From an uncultured bacterium (GTDB lineage: Bacteria > Chlamydiota > Chlamydiia > Chlamydiales > Parachlamydiaceae), in assembly GCA_964605535.1 (NCBI GenBank), contig CAZSDA010000010.1:5344-69343 (forward strand): 64,000 bases of DNA. Reading direction: 5' to 3'. A program made the position numbers and the translations under genes. Below the pieces are notes generated by a model. That model saw nothing but the letters and a program-made list of their open reading frames with translations, searched no databases and was not told the origin of the DNA. Shown here piece after piece: positions 18,211-27,860 of this stretch; the stretch's first letter is position 1; every line of letters starts with the position of its first letter.

Positions 18211-19102
18211 GAGCGAGTAGTGGGAGTTTAAGGGTTTCGTAAAGGTGTCTCAACTTGCGTTCATTTTCAGGTTCAAGCGTCGAAAGAGGGAGGCGGCATG
18301 GGCCTGAGGGAAGATGTGCAAAGCGCATCAAAGTCTTGATTGGAATGGGGTTAGTCTCAATAAACGCGGCACGGAAAAGAGGAAGAAGCCTGTAATGAAT
18401 CTTTTTTGCTTCTTCGAAATTTCCCTTAAAACACGCTTGAACGAGTTCCGATACATCTTCCGGCACTAAGTTGCTGACAACTGAAACGATGCCATGGCCG
18501 CCTACAGCCATCAGAGGTAGTGTAAGGGCATCATCTCCTGAAAGAATGGCAAAGTCGGATCTGTTGGGTGTGATCGCTTCGATGAGATCCATCATTTGCA
18601 AAAGATTTCCTGAGGCTTCTTTGATGCCGCAGATGGTCGGGATTTTTGCTAACTTTACGATTGTTGAAACGCTTAAGGTCACAGAACACCTTCCAGGGAC
18701 ATTATAGAGAATAATGGGAAGCTCTGTTGCCCTTGCAATTGCTGCATAGTGTGCGTATAGACCTTCTTGGGTCGGCTTATTGTAGTAGGGAGTAACGATG
18801 AGAGCGCCATCTGCGCCAAGCTGTTGCGCGCGCTTTGTCTCCTCGATTGTTTTTTGCGTGCAGTTACTTCCTGTACCTATCCAAAGGGAAAGGGAAGGGG
18901 CTATATTGGCCTTCGCGATTCTGATCGCCCGTTCTCTTTCTTCTGTGGTAAGTGTTGGTGCCTCACCGGTAGTTCCTAAAAGAACGATGCCATCGACTTT
19001 ACCTTCGTTTTGCATGCCGATTAGCTTTTCTAACCCTTTCTCATCTAAAGATCCATCGTCGAGGAAAGGCGTAATGAGGGCAGTTTTGGTTCCCTTAATC
19101 AT
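18203..19102 (-). CDS. dapA: 4-hydroxy-tetrahydrodipicolinate synthase
   Basis: 299 aa. TALITPF, GTTGEAPTLT, YNVPGR, Schiff-base Lys region GIKEASG. Confidence 0.9.
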   Translation of the reverse strand: MIKGTKTALITPFLDDGSLDEKGLEKLIGMQNEGKVDGIVLLGTTGEAPTLTTEERERAIRIAKANIAPSLSLWIGTGSNCTQKTIEETKRAQQLGADGALIVTPYYNKPTQEGLYAHYAAIARATELPIILYNVPGRCSVTLSVSTIVKLAKIPTICGIKEASGNLLQMMDLIEAITPNRSDFAILSGDDALTLPLMAVGGHGIVSVVSNLVPEDVSELVQACFKGNFEEAKKIHYRLLPLFRAAFIETNPIPIKTLMRFAHLPSGPCRLPLSTLEPENERKLRHLYETLKLPLLAHG

Positions 19103-19836
19103 TTGAGCAAATCCTCCATGGTAAAATATCCCTGTTTCCCAAAAAGCTGTTCAGCCGCTATGACGGCTCCTAAAGCAAAACCTTCACGATTTTTTGCTTC
19201 GTGGCGAAGTGTAATCGTATCGCATGGCGAATCGATGATGATTTCGTGCGTTCCAGGGCAGGAGCCTATGCGCAAAGAAGTGAAGTGGAGTTGATGGGGT
19301 TTGATCTGCCCTTCAGGAGTGTCATAAAGTATTTCTGTTTTGGATGGCCATTCAATTACTATTGAGTCTGCAAGAGCTTTAGCTGTGCCCGAGGGGGCGT
19401 CTTGCTTTTTCGAATGGTGTATTTCAAAACCCGCGATGTCATAGCCATCAACGTTGTGGAATAATTTGGCTGCTTCACGTACAAGCTTTTTAAATAGAAG
19501 CACTCCAATTGAAAAATTCGGAGAAAACAGGATGCCGATGCCTGCTTCTTTAGCAATTTTTCGCGCTTGATCCTGGTGATTCCATCCCGTCGTCCCAATC
19601 ACGATGTTTTTTTGAGCCTTTGCGGCCTCTTGAATGGAGTGATGCACGTTATCGGATGAAGAAAAGTCGATCAGGATATCAGATCTTTTGGCTAACTCTG
19701 CAAGCGAGATAGCGTGAGCTGCATGGCGATCGCAAACCCCCTCAATCTCATGCCCTCTCTTTTTGGCCTCCTGGTCGACAAGACGGCCCATTTTGCCATA
19801 ACCGATCAAGCCAATCTTAAGCTGCTTTTGTGACAA
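19099..19836 (-). CDS. dapB: 4-hydroxy-tetrahydrodipicolinate reductase
   Basis: 245 aa. IGLIGYGKMGR Rossmann motif, EIHHSKKQDAPSGTA signature. Confidence 0.9.
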   Translation of the reverse strand: MSQKQLKIGLIGYGKMGRLVDQEAKKRGHEIEGVCDRHAAHAISLAELAKRSDILIDFSSSDNVHHSIQEAAKAQKNIVIGTTGWNHQDQARKIAKEAGIGILFSPNFSIGVLLFKKLVREAAKLFHNVDGYDIAGFEIHHSKKQDAPSGTAKALADSIVIEWPSKTEILYDTPEGQIKPHQLHFTSLRIGSCPGTHEIIIDSPCDTITLRHEAKNREGFALGAVIAAEQLFGKQGYFTMEDLLK

Positions 19837-20824
19837 GATTCCTCCAGGCTGATTCCAGAATCGATTTTTGTTCTTTTGTCAGATCAAAATGGATCATAAT
19901 GCAATCGTCATTTTGCTTAAATGCTGCAAGTGTCCAATTTGCAGAGCCGTGGGCCAAAATCTTGCCATCGATATAGACAAATTTGTGATGAAGCAGTTCT
20001 TTTCCAGAGTTATAAAATAGGGGAACCTTTTCTTTTTTGAGATAGGCTGCAATTTTTTGGCTGGCATTATGGGCTGTTCCATGATCGATTGCGACCGCAA
20101 CATCGACGCCTCGTTTTTTAGCTTCGACAAGTTTTTCTGCTAAATCTCTCCTGGTAAAAGTGAACATGGCAACGCGGATACTTTTTTTGGCGCTATCGAT
20201 GAGTTGCCCAAGCTTTTCAACTGCCTTTATTTCATCAGGAAGAAAAAGAAGTTCAACCTTTCTTTTTTTGATGGAGTAGCTAAAACTCGTTTGCTTCTGT
20301 TCAAAGGATTGTGAGGTAAACTGGTTCGCTTTTTGAATAATTTTTACCGCTAATTCTTTGCATTTCACATTTTCCATCATGTTGAAGTGCTTTTTGAAAG
20401 AGTCGCCTGTGAAGTTTGCGGAACCTACCCACACTTGCTCACGGTCGATCACGATCCATTTGTTATGCATTAAACCCTGTGCTTTTCGCATCGTTAGCTT
20501 TATTTTTGGAGAAAGCTTTTTTTCAACCCCAGCTGAGGCTTCTGCATCGCAAACAACTGTAATAGAGAGCCCGTTTGAAGCCTTTTCGTTTAACGCTTTT
20601 ATGATGCCTGCATCTTTTAGGGTATAGACAACGATGAGAATCGATTCTTCTGCCCTTCTTAAGCTTTCTATGATCGTATCTCTTAAGTTGACCTTGGAAG
20701 GGGTAGAATAAAAGCACGCTGGCTCTCCGTTAACTGCAAGGGGAGCCGGATCGTGGGCTTCAAATGAATAGAATAGAAGCGAGGCAAGAGCTACGAGAAG
20801 GGTTATAAGTCTTTTTACTTTCAT
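19817..20824 (-). CDS. Secreted phospholipase D superfamily protein with two HKD motifs
   Basis: 335 aa. Signal peptide MKVKRLITLLVALASLLFYSFEA. HKD motifs HNKWIVIDREQVWVGSANFT and HHKFVYIDGKILAHGSANWT. Confidence 0.85.
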   Translation of the reverse strand: MKVKRLITLLVALASLLFYSFEAHDPAPLAVNGEPACFYSTPSKVNLRDTIIESLRRAEESILIVVYTLKDAGIIKALNEKASNGLSITVVCDAEASAGVEKKLSPKIKLTMRKAQGLMHNKWIVIDREQVWVGSANFTGDSFKKHFNMMENVKCKELAVKIIQKANQFTSQSFEQKQTSFSYSIKKRKVELLFLPDEIKAVEKLGQLIDSAKKSIRVAMFTFTRRDLAEKLVEAKKRGVDVAVAIDHGTAHNASQKIAAYLKKEKVPLFYNSGKELLHHKFVYIDGKILAHGSANWTLAAFKQNDDCIMIHFDLTKEQKSILESAWRNLVTKAA

Positions 20825-22983
20825 AAGTATCCTAGCAATGCTTGCTTAAGTCCTGTATGGCGCTCTTTAACTTCATCATTTTTGACAGCAAGCATCAATG
20901 CGCGTTTTGTTCCTATTAGGATCACCAGTTTTTTCCCTCTTGTGACGCCGGTATAGATTAGGTTTTTGACTAAAAGTTTGAAGTGGGTTGTGTGTACCGG
21001 CATGATGATGCAGGGGCATTCACTGCCTTGGAACTTATGTACGGTGATTGCGTAAGCTAAAACAAGTTCATCCAGTTCCGAGAAGGAGTAAGTCACTTCG
21101 CGCTCTTCGAATCCGACAATTAGCGTCTGCTCATCCTGATCGATCGATAGGATTTTCCCCACATCACCATTGAAAACTTCTTTTTTGTAGTTATTGCGGA
21201 TCTGCATCACTTTGTCTTTCACTTGAAGTTTTTTACCGGCTTTAAAGATCGATTCTTTTTGAGGATTAAGCTGTTCTTGCAGCACTTGGTTCAAGTTATC
21301 TGTTCCAACAAGACCTCTTTTCATAGGAGATAGAACTTGAATCTCTTCGATGGCGTTCAAACAGTATTTTCTGGGGACTCTCTCTGCAACTAAGGCTACA
21401 AGCTGTCTTAAAAGATCTTCCGGCTCTTCAGCTTCGATGAAGAAAAAATCGCTGTCTGCTTGAGTAGAAATGTCGGGAAAGTGCCCCTGATTGATTTTGT
21501 GGGCATTTGTAATAATTCTTGATCCTTTTGCCTGACGAAATATCTCATTCAGTGTTGTGACAGAAATCTGCATCGAAGCGATCATATCTTTCAGGACATT
21601 ACCGGGGCCGACGCTCGGAAGCTGATCCACATCTCCAACTAAAATGAGGATGGCGTGAGAAGGGATCGCTTTGAGTAAACTGTGCATGAGGTAAGTATCG
21701 ATCATACTCGATTCATCGACGATCAGAAGATCGCAGTCTAAGGGATTGTCCCGCTTGCGTTTGAAGCCTCCTGCTTTGAAATCGACTTCTAAAAGAGCAT
21801 GGATCGTAGAAGCCTTTTTCTGTGTAATTTCCGCCATTCTTTTTGCAGCTTTTCCAGTGGGGGCAGCAAGCAGAACTTTGTCTGTGAGCTCTTCTGCAAT
21901 TTTCAGGATTGCTTTTGTGATGGTGCTTTTACCTGTTCCCGGCCCCCCTGTAATGATTTGCACTTTTCCCAAAAAGCATGAAGAGACAGCCTTTGCCTGC
22001 TTTTCAGCAAGTTTGATTGAGAGCTTGTCCTGTACCCAAGCTAAAGCACGCTTAGCATCGATTGTACGCAAAGAGGAGGGGGCGCGGATGATCCTTTCAA
22101 GTTCACGAGCTATGCCTGTTTCTGCTTTAAAAAGGGATTGCGTCCAGAGAAAGGGCGTCTGCTCTCCTTCAACAAGAAGGGTGAACTCGACGATTCTTTC
22201 TTCCTTGATGAGGTTTGCAATCTCATTTTGTATTTGCTGAGCTGTAGTAGAAAGCAGCTCCTCGGCTTCAGGGATAAATTTTGATAGGGGATAGCAGACG
22301 TGCCCATCTTCAGAACGCTCCATGAGAAGATGTTCGATGCCGCAAGCTGTTCTAATGGGAGCGTCCTTCGGGATTCCGAGATTTTTAGCGATCGCATCCG
22401 CTGTTTTAAAACCAATGCCGAACACTTCGCGAGCAAGCCTGTAGGGATTTTCTGAAACAATCTGGATGCTCTTTTCGCCATAGTTCTTAAAAATTTTTTG
22501 GGCATAGGCGGGGCTGACCTGATGGCCTTGAAGAAAGACCATCACGTCGCGGATAGAGCGCTGCTCAGACCAACAGGAGAGAATTTTTTGCACTCTGCTT
22601 TTCCCTATGCCGGAAATCTCATGGAGCCGTTCAGGTTCCTTGTCGATTACTTCAAGCGTGTTGAGTCCAAAGGCTTCTACAATCTTATTTGCATATATAG
22701 GGCCGATTCCTTTGATCAGACCTGAGCCCAAGTATTTTTTGATGCCGATTAGGTCACTTGGCGCTTGCACGCGGTGTGATTTTGTCTCAAATTGTTTGCC
22801 GTGAGTGCGGTGGATCGTCCAAGAGCCTTGGCAAAGGACCGTTTCTCCCGGAGCTGCTCCCGGAAAATTTCCTACAACAGTGACGAGATCCTTTAGCCCG
22901 GGGCATTTCAATTGAAGGACTGAGTAGCCCGTTTCATCGTTTTGGTAGGTGATTCTCTCGATGTAGCCGGTGACTTGTTCCAT
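20821..22983 (-). CDS. recD2: RecD2-type SF1B ATP-dependent DNA helicase (RecD/TraA family)
   Basis: 720 aa. Walker A ITGGPGTGKST, Walker B LLIVDESSMID, LVGDVDQLPSVGPG, C-terminal AITVHKFQGSE and YTGVTRGKK. Confidence 0.85.
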   Translation of the reverse strand: MEQVTGYIERITYQNDETGYSVLQLKCPGLKDLVTVVGNFPGAAPGETVLCQGSWTIHRTHGKQFETKSHRVQAPSDLIGIKKYLGSGLIKGIGPIYANKIVEAFGLNTLEVIDKEPERLHEISGIGKSRVQKILSCWSEQRSIRDVMVFLQGHQVSPAYAQKIFKNYGEKSIQIVSENPYRLAREVFGIGFKTADAIAKNLGIPKDAPIRTACGIEHLLMERSEDGHVCYPLSKFIPEAEELLSTTAQQIQNEIANLIKEERIVEFTLLVEGEQTPFLWTQSLFKAETGIARELERIIRAPSSLRTIDAKRALAWVQDKLSIKLAEKQAKAVSSCFLGKVQIITGGPGTGKSTITKAILKIAEELTDKVLLAAPTGKAAKRMAEITQKKASTIHALLEVDFKAGGFKRKRDNPLDCDLLIVDESSMIDTYLMHSLLKAIPSHAILILVGDVDQLPSVGPGNVLKDMIASMQISVTTLNEIFRQAKGSRIITNAHKINQGHFPDISTQADSDFFFIEAEEPEDLLRQLVALVAERVPRKYCLNAIEEIQVLSPMKRGLVGTDNLNQVLQEQLNPQKESIFKAGKKLQVKDKVMQIRNNYKKEVFNGDVGKILSIDQDEQTLIVGFEEREVTYSFSELDELVLAYAITVHKFQGSECPCIIMPVHTTHFKLLVKNLIYTGVTRGKKLVILIGTKRALMLAVKNDEVKERHTGLKQALLGYL

Positions 22984-23040
22984 TAGCGCATAATTTGTTA
23001 TACTGCAGACAGTATTGCAAATTTTTCCGTGGAGGGAAAG

Positions 23041-23259
23041 ATGATTTATTCACTCATGCTCATTTTGGCAACGACTCTTGCCTATGTTCCTGAAAAAGGG
23101 GTCGTTGGTCCCGAATGTACGGAGGAAAATCCTTGCCATGGAGAAAACCATACCTGGTGGTCTGAAGGAGAAGATGAGCTTTACCACGAACGCACCGATG
23201 CGGGCTGGCCGGGAAAAAGGGAAGATCCGATCATGCAAGAGCTTCAGCACGGATGGTGA
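23041..23259 (+). CDS. Small hypothetical secreted/membrane protein
   Basis: 72 aa from ATG 23041, preceded by a ggaggg SD. The track ORF starts at GTG 23029. Hydrophobic N-terminus MIYSLMLILATTLAYV. Overlaps the dnaG start. Confidence 0.35.
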   Translation: MIYSLMLILATTLAYVPEKGVVGPECTEENPCHGENHTWWSEGEDELYHERTDAGWPGKREDPIMQELQHGW

Positions 23260-24986
23260 TGTTTGCTAAAGAGAGCCTTGAGCATCTAAAGAGCAGGATC
23301 GATCTTGTTGAGGCGCTTTCGCCTTATGTCGAATTTAAAAAAGCGGGCGCAGCTTATAAGGCGCTTTGCCCTTTCCACGACGAGAAAAGTCCCTCGTTTA
23401 TGATTCAGAGGGGTGACTCCCACTACCACTGTTTCGGCTGTGGAGCCCATGGCGATGCGATCGCATTTCTTATGAATCATCAGGGGCTTTCCTTTGGAGA
23501 ATCAGTCGAGCTTTTGGCGGAGCGATTCCAGGTACATTTGGAAAGAACTGAAACAGTTGAGGAGAAAGGTCCCTCTAAAAAGGAAATGCGCTTTGCCATG
23601 GAATTGGCATGCTCACTTTATCATGCCTTGCTTCTTCACACGGAAGAGGGCCATGAAGCGCTTCGTTATCTTTATCGAAGGGGCCTAACTCTTGATTTTG
23701 TGCGCACATTTGAAATAGGATTTGCGCCTAAACACCCTGGTTTACTCAGGCGCTATTTAAAAGAGCATAAAATTCCTTTAGAAAGTGCCGAGGTGTGCGG
23801 ATTATTGAAAGGCCAGCACGACTTTTTTTCCGACCGCATCCTTTTCCCGATCCGGGGAGCTACCGGGAGCGTCATTGGGTTTTCCGGGAGAAAGTTTAAG
23901 GAGGCCACCTTTGGAGGTAAGTACGTTAATACGCCTGAGACTCCTCTTTTTAAAAAATCTAAAGTGCTCTTTGGCCTCAACTATTCAAGACATAGGATTA
24001 TAAAAGAGCGGCGCGCTCTGATTGTAGAGGGGCAAATTGATGCCCTGAAATTAATCGACCAAGGCTTTGATTTTACCGTTGCAGCGCAAGGAACCGCATT
24101 CGGAGAGGGTCACGTGCAGGAGCTCTTAGGTTTGGGTATCTTGACAGTATATCTTGCAATGGATTCCGATGGAGCAGGTCTCAAAGCCATGGAGAAGGTA
24201 GGCGCTCTTTTTCATCAGCAGGGGATTGAAGCCAAAATCGTGTCGATGCCGGAAGGGCTTGATCCCGATCAATTTTTGCGGGAGCAGGGGAAAGAGGCGT
24301 TTGCGCAATTGCTGGAAGAAGCAGAGGATTATCTCACATTTTTGGTGAAACAGCGGTCAAGAGAGAATGATCTGACAGCCCCCGCTCAGAAAAATGCATG
24401 TGCAACTGAGCTTAGTCAAGCGATTAGAGGGTGGAAAGGGGAAGTGATGGTCCATGAGTCCTTAAAAAAGCTTGCACAACTTTTGCATGTTCCTGAAAGC
24501 CTTGTAGGAGTGGGGCAGCTTGACATTTCGCCACTTTTTTATAAGAAAAGCGCAAGTGCAGGCTTACACAATGTGGATCCCGATTGGGTGATTGAAACGG
24601 ATCTTTTGCGTTGGCTTCTTTTGAGCAATACAGAAATTTCTCAAATGGTCTCAATGCATCTCAATGTGGAATCTTTTAAGATTGCAGAGTGTAAACAGGC
24701 ATTTCTTCAATTTGCAGAAAAGCAATCCCTAGACCTGTTAGCCCTTTGCCAAATCGAAGAAGGCAATGGCCAAAAACTTGTCATGGAGCTTACAGAGCGA
24801 AAGATCAATCGCGACAAAGCACTCGATCACTTTAAGGCTTCCTTGCAAACGCTTTTAGATCGCAATTGGCTTGAGAAGCGCGAGGCAATCCGCCAAAAAA
24901 TCCAATCCGGCGGCTATGATGATGACGAGGCATTGATGTTGGCCAAAGAATTTGAAGAGATTAAAAGATGCAAGCCGAAAGTGTAA
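23253..24986 (+). CDS. dnaG: DNA primase
   Basis: 577 aa. Zinc ribbon CPFHDEKSPSFMIQ...YHCFGCGAHGD, Toprim region LIVEGQIDAL ... AMDSDGAG. Confidence 0.9.
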   Translation: MVMFAKESLEHLKSRIDLVEALSPYVEFKKAGAAYKALCPFHDEKSPSFMIQRGDSHYHCFGCGAHGDAIAFLMNHQGLSFGESVELLAERFQVHLERTETVEEKGPSKKEMRFAMELACSLYHALLLHTEEGHEALRYLYRRGLTLDFVRTFEIGFAPKHPGLLRRYLKEHKIPLESAEVCGLLKGQHDFFSDRILFPIRGATGSVIGFSGRKFKEATFGGKYVNTPETPLFKKSKVLFGLNYSRHRIIKERRALIVEGQIDALKLIDQGFDFTVAAQGTAFGEGHVQELLGLGILTVYLAMDSDGAGLKAMEKVGALFHQQGIEAKIVSMPEGLDPDQFLREQGKEAFAQLLEEAEDYLTFLVKQRSRENDLTAPAQKNACATELSQAIRGWKGEVMVHESLKKLAQLLHVPESLVGVGQLDISPLFYKKSASAGLHNVDPDWVIETDLLRWLLLSNTEISQMVSMHLNVESFKIAECKQAFLQFAEKQSLDLLALCQIEEGNGQKLVMELTERKINRDKALDHFKASLQTLLDRNWLEKREAIRQKIQSGGYDDDEALMLAKEFEEIKRCKPKV

Positions 24987-25378
24987 AACACCTTCTTTTT
25001 TATGACGGGGAGTGCGGTCTTTGCGACCGTGCTGTGCAATTTGTATTAAAGCATGATGAGAAGGGTATCTTCTGTTATGCGCCTCTTCAGGGAACAACTG
25101 CAAAGCGGTATTTCGGCACGCCTCCCAGCTTAGATACTCTCATCCTCGTTGAAAATTTTCAGAGCCTTCATCCTGTGATTCACATGCGAGGTAAAGGAGC
25201 ATTCCGCATTCTTTGGCTTCTAGGGGGTGTGAAAGCGATCCCAGGACTGCTCTACTTTTTGCCGGCCTTTTCCTATGACTGGGCCTATCGTCTCATCGCA
25301 AATAACCGCAACTGGCTCTTTTCTAAAGAGAGCTGCCAGCTGCCAAATCCTTCTGAGCAACGCCGCTTTTTACCCTAG
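24968..25378 (+). CDS. DCC-family thiol-disulfide oxidoreductase (DUF393)
   Basis: 136 aa. N-terminal LLFYDGECGLCDRAVQFVLKHD (the DCC motif). Confidence 0.75.
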   Translation: MQAESVKHLLFYDGECGLCDRAVQFVLKHDEKGIFCYAPLQGTTAKRYFGTPPSLDTLILVENFQSLHPVIHMRGKGAFRILWLLGGVKAIPGLLYFLPAFSYDWAYRLIANNRNWLFSKESCQLPNPSEQRRFLP

Positions 25379-25381
25379 TAC

Positions 25382-25720
25382 CTAATCAGGAATAGTTTCA
25401 CAACATTGATCAACCATTTTTGCAACGCTTTCTAAATATTCGTCTTTTGTACGGAAGCCATGTCCTCTAAAGAATTGTCCAAATTTATGTGAGAGTCCGG
25501 TCTTAGAATCTTTTCCTTCTCTAATTGCTTTTGACAAGTTTTTCTTGTATGGATCTCCAATTTTTCTTACGAAGTCCAGATTTCGTTTAACAAGTGAGGC
25601 TAGCTTTTCCTTATGCTTATCTAAGTCTTCGATAGCCTTGCCAAGCGGGGTATCCGTAGCAACAGAAAAAGAACCTTTAGTAGCAAAGGCTCCGAGGAGA
25701 GTGTCAGGTTTGATTTTCAT
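25382..25720 (-). CDS. Hypothetical protein, member 1 of a local three-member paralog family (module only)
   Basis: 112 aa. Shares MKIKP..LL.A.A, K.L.KHK.KLA.LVK.NLD and HK.GQF..G.GF..KD.YL with 27861-28583. Confidence 0.6.
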   Translation of the reverse strand: MKIKPDTLLGAFATKGSFSVATDTPLGKAIEDLDKHKEKLASLVKRNLDFVRKIGDPYKKNLSKAIREGKDSKTGLSHKFGQFFRGHGFRTKDEYLESVAKMVDQCCETIPD

Positions 25721-25828
25721 AATTCACTCCATGCTATTCATTAGCAAATTGCGTACCATACTGTTTTTTTGACAAAATTGCTTTAATAGAATAGTCTGCC
25801 GAAGGTTTTAAAAGAGGAGAGGTGTGGC

Positions 25829-26659
25829 ATGGCTTATCTAATAAACGTGGGCTTCCAAGATATACCAAGAGCTAATGCAATGAATAAGATTTTCGATTGC
25901 AAATCAATAGAGTTCTTTCCATTTGATAGTTTGAAACAAGGGGATAGAGCGCTTTTCGTAGGGTGTGGAAATGGGATACTCGTTGTCGAAATCGCCTCAC
26001 GCCTCCAAAGTAAAGGGGTTTTAATCACCGCTATCGATATCTCAGAGGAGCAGATTCAGCTTGCTAAGATGCATGCGCAATCGAGACAGGTTGAGAACAT
26101 TACATGGAAAGTACAGGACATTCACAATCTTTCAGAATACAAAAGTTCATTTAAACTGGTTCATGCTCGATTTGTTTTAAATCATTTGCAAAGACCCGAT
26201 CAGGTGACTCGCATTTTATGCGATACGTTAGGCGATGATGGCATTTTTGTGTCGGAAGATTTCGATCGGCATCAAGTCAAGATCGAGGGAGGAACAGAAG
26301 AGGAAATTGAAGCCATTAGAGCATGGGAGCAGGCAGTGGTTCTTCAGCATATGGCACAAAAAAGCAATATTGCTTTTGCCTCAGCATTACCCTCGATATT
26401 GCAAAATTGTGAAATGACTAAAATTAAACAGGAGCAGCCTTGCCCTCTTGCTGACACTGCTGATAAACTCTCTATGTTTGTAGAGAGTCTATCAAATGCT
26501 CCTAAATTCTTGGCAAAGCCATATCTTGCAGCTCTACCAGAGTTGGAAAGAATTTTTAGTGCCATGAACAAGAATCCCATACTCACAGTCTGTTTTGAAG
26601 GATTTACCCATACAAAAGCTCAAAGACGCATCCTTAGCCCATGGAGCTTTATGAACTAA
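25829..26659 (+). CDS. Class I SAM-dependent methyltransferase
   Basis: 276 aa. Motif I ALFVGCGNGILVVEIA, acidic post-I ITAIDISEEQ, motif II-like LVHARFVLNHL. Confidence 0.7.
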   Translation: MAYLINVGFQDIPRANAMNKIFDCKSIEFFPFDSLKQGDRALFVGCGNGILVVEIASRLQSKGVLITAIDISEEQIQLAKMHAQSRQVENITWKVQDIHNLSEYKSSFKLVHARFVLNHLQRPDQVTRILCDTLGDDGIFVSEDFDRHQVKIEGGTEEEIEAIRAWEQAVVLQHMAQKSNIAFASALPSILQNCEMTKIKQEQPCPLADTADKLSMFVESLSNAPKFLAKPYLAALPELERIFSAMNKNPILTVCFEGFTHTKAQRRILSPWSFMN

Positions 26660-26668
26660 ATTGACCGG

Positions 26669-27316
26669 CTACAAAGTAAATTCACAATGTTTTTGTATAT
26701 AGTCTAGCTCCTCTTTGGTCATAATCATAGGGTGGAGATCTTCGAGGTGAATTTCGCCGGTCGATAGAATCCTTGAGATTTCCTCCTTTTGAAAAGACTT
26801 ATTCTCCTGGATGAGAAATTTGATCCTGCATTGCACGCAAAAGAGATGCCAGTCGCGTTTAGGATCACCTCCTGCGGGAATTGCCTCCTTTCTAAACTCG
26901 AATTTCTCGCCAATCGTTTTCCATGGTATATTTTCAAGGTTGAAGGATTCGCTGTGAATATAAGAGTTATCTTTTTCAAAGGTAGGTGGCAACGTGTTCA
27001 GGCGAGAGGCTATTTTTTCAGCCCATTCATATCTCGGAATAAATCCATGGCCTTTGAACAGCTGGGAGAGCTTGTTAAAGAATGTGTGAATCGATTTATA
27101 TTTGCCGTTCTGAAGACGATTGCGTTCTTCTTCAGCGAGAAGCTTGATCTTATTCGAAAGATCCTTGCGCTCGCCTATTGGCTTTTGAGATAGAGTCTTA
27201 AACTCTTTGCATAAAAGGCTAAATGCTTCGTTTAAGGGCGTTGGCTTTTCATTACTTTTGGAATAATTTAAAAGCCAATCAGCAAAAGGTTGTTTTATAG
27301 CAGCTGTTCTACCCAT
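26669..27316 (-). CDS. Hypothetical protein, member 2 of the paralog family (divergent)
   Basis: 215 aa. Shares the FNKLSQLFKGHGFIPRYEW core with the other two members. Unrelated C-terminus. Confidence 0.55.
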   Translation of the reverse strand: MGRTAAIKQPFADWLLNYSKSNEKPTPLNEAFSLLCKEFKTLSQKPIGERKDLSNKIKLLAEEERNRLQNGKYKSIHTFFNKLSQLFKGHGFIPRYEWAEKIASRLNTLPPTFEKDNSYIHSESFNLENIPWKTIGEKFEFRKEAIPAGGDPKRDWHLFCVQCRIKFLIQENKSFQKEEISRILSTGEIHLEDLHPMIMTKEELDYIQKHCEFTL

Positions 27317-27323
27317 GATTTAA

Positions 27324-27352
27324 ATTATAACATGTCATTAAACATATTTCAA
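27324..27352 (-). promoter_or_regulatory. Near-consensus sigma70/66-type promoter (TTGAAA, 17 nt, TGtTATAAT) abutting the start codon of 26669-27316
   Basis: Minus strand reads ctTTGAAAtatgtttaatgacaTGtTATAATttaaatcATG. The -10 ends 7 nt before the ATG at 27316. Confidence 0.5.
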
Positions 27353-27379
27353 AGACTGCAAGTTAAAAGAGCATAAATG

Positions 27380-27796
27380 TTAGGAAATAGGGATGACTTC
27401 AACAGGCTCTACCTCGCCTGGTGCATTATCTGACAGTTCTAAGATGATTGCTGGCTTGGACTTTGCTCTATTGAGGATTGCGTGAGGAACTAGAGATGGA
27501 ACATCAAATAGGTAGAGGTTATCTCCCTCTTTCATCCTTTCAACCCGCCTTGATCCATCTGCTGCCACCCAATGAAGCTCCACATCATCACTTAGAGAAA
27601 CGAAGAGTTCACGCCTCACATGCTTATGGTTTCCTCCGATTCGACCCGGAGGAATGGAGATCATCACTTGGCAAACATTAGAAAACTCAGGTGGCAGAGG
27701 AAGATCCTTAAGTTCAAATTTTAATAGCCCGTCAGTTCTTTTAAAAACTTTACTCAAGGGAATTTGTGTTACCGTCATGCAATAGATTCTACTCAC
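27380..27796 (-). CDS. Small cupin-fold protein (WxcM/FdtA/RmlC-like)
   Basis: 138 aa. IPPGRIGGNHKHVRRELFVSLSDDVELHW...VPSLVPHAILN fits a single cupin barrel with His ligand-like residues. Confidence 0.45.
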   Translation of the reverse strand: MSRIYCMTVTQIPLSKVFKRTDGLLKFELKDLPLPPEFSNVCQVMISIPPGRIGGNHKHVRRELFVSLSDDVELHWVAADGSRRVERMKEGDNLYLFDVPSLVPHAILNRAKSKPAIILELSDNAPGEVEPVEVIPIS

Positions 27797-27860
27797 TAAC
27801 AGTTTAACCTGAAACCATTTTTCAACAATTGGCTAGTGGATCTTAACGATCAGGACAACT

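Noticed and set aside
21746-22240. 164-aa plus-strand ORF (and 21799-21981, 22110-22505, 22498-22725, 22607-22804) inside recD2
   Set aside because: These are antisense or alternative-frame ORFs lying entirely within a helicase gene with unambiguous motifs. Their low-complexity Ser/Ala/Arg-rich translations are typical of shadow ORFs.
19817-22983. Helicase plus PLD-family pair as a possible anti-phage defence module (Mokosh-like logic)
   Set aside because: The helicase is a standard RecD2/TraA-family SF1B enzyme. The PLD carries a signal peptide, so it is exported and not a cytoplasmic nuclease. Both are fused into the dap operon, so a housekeeping or virulence role is more likely.
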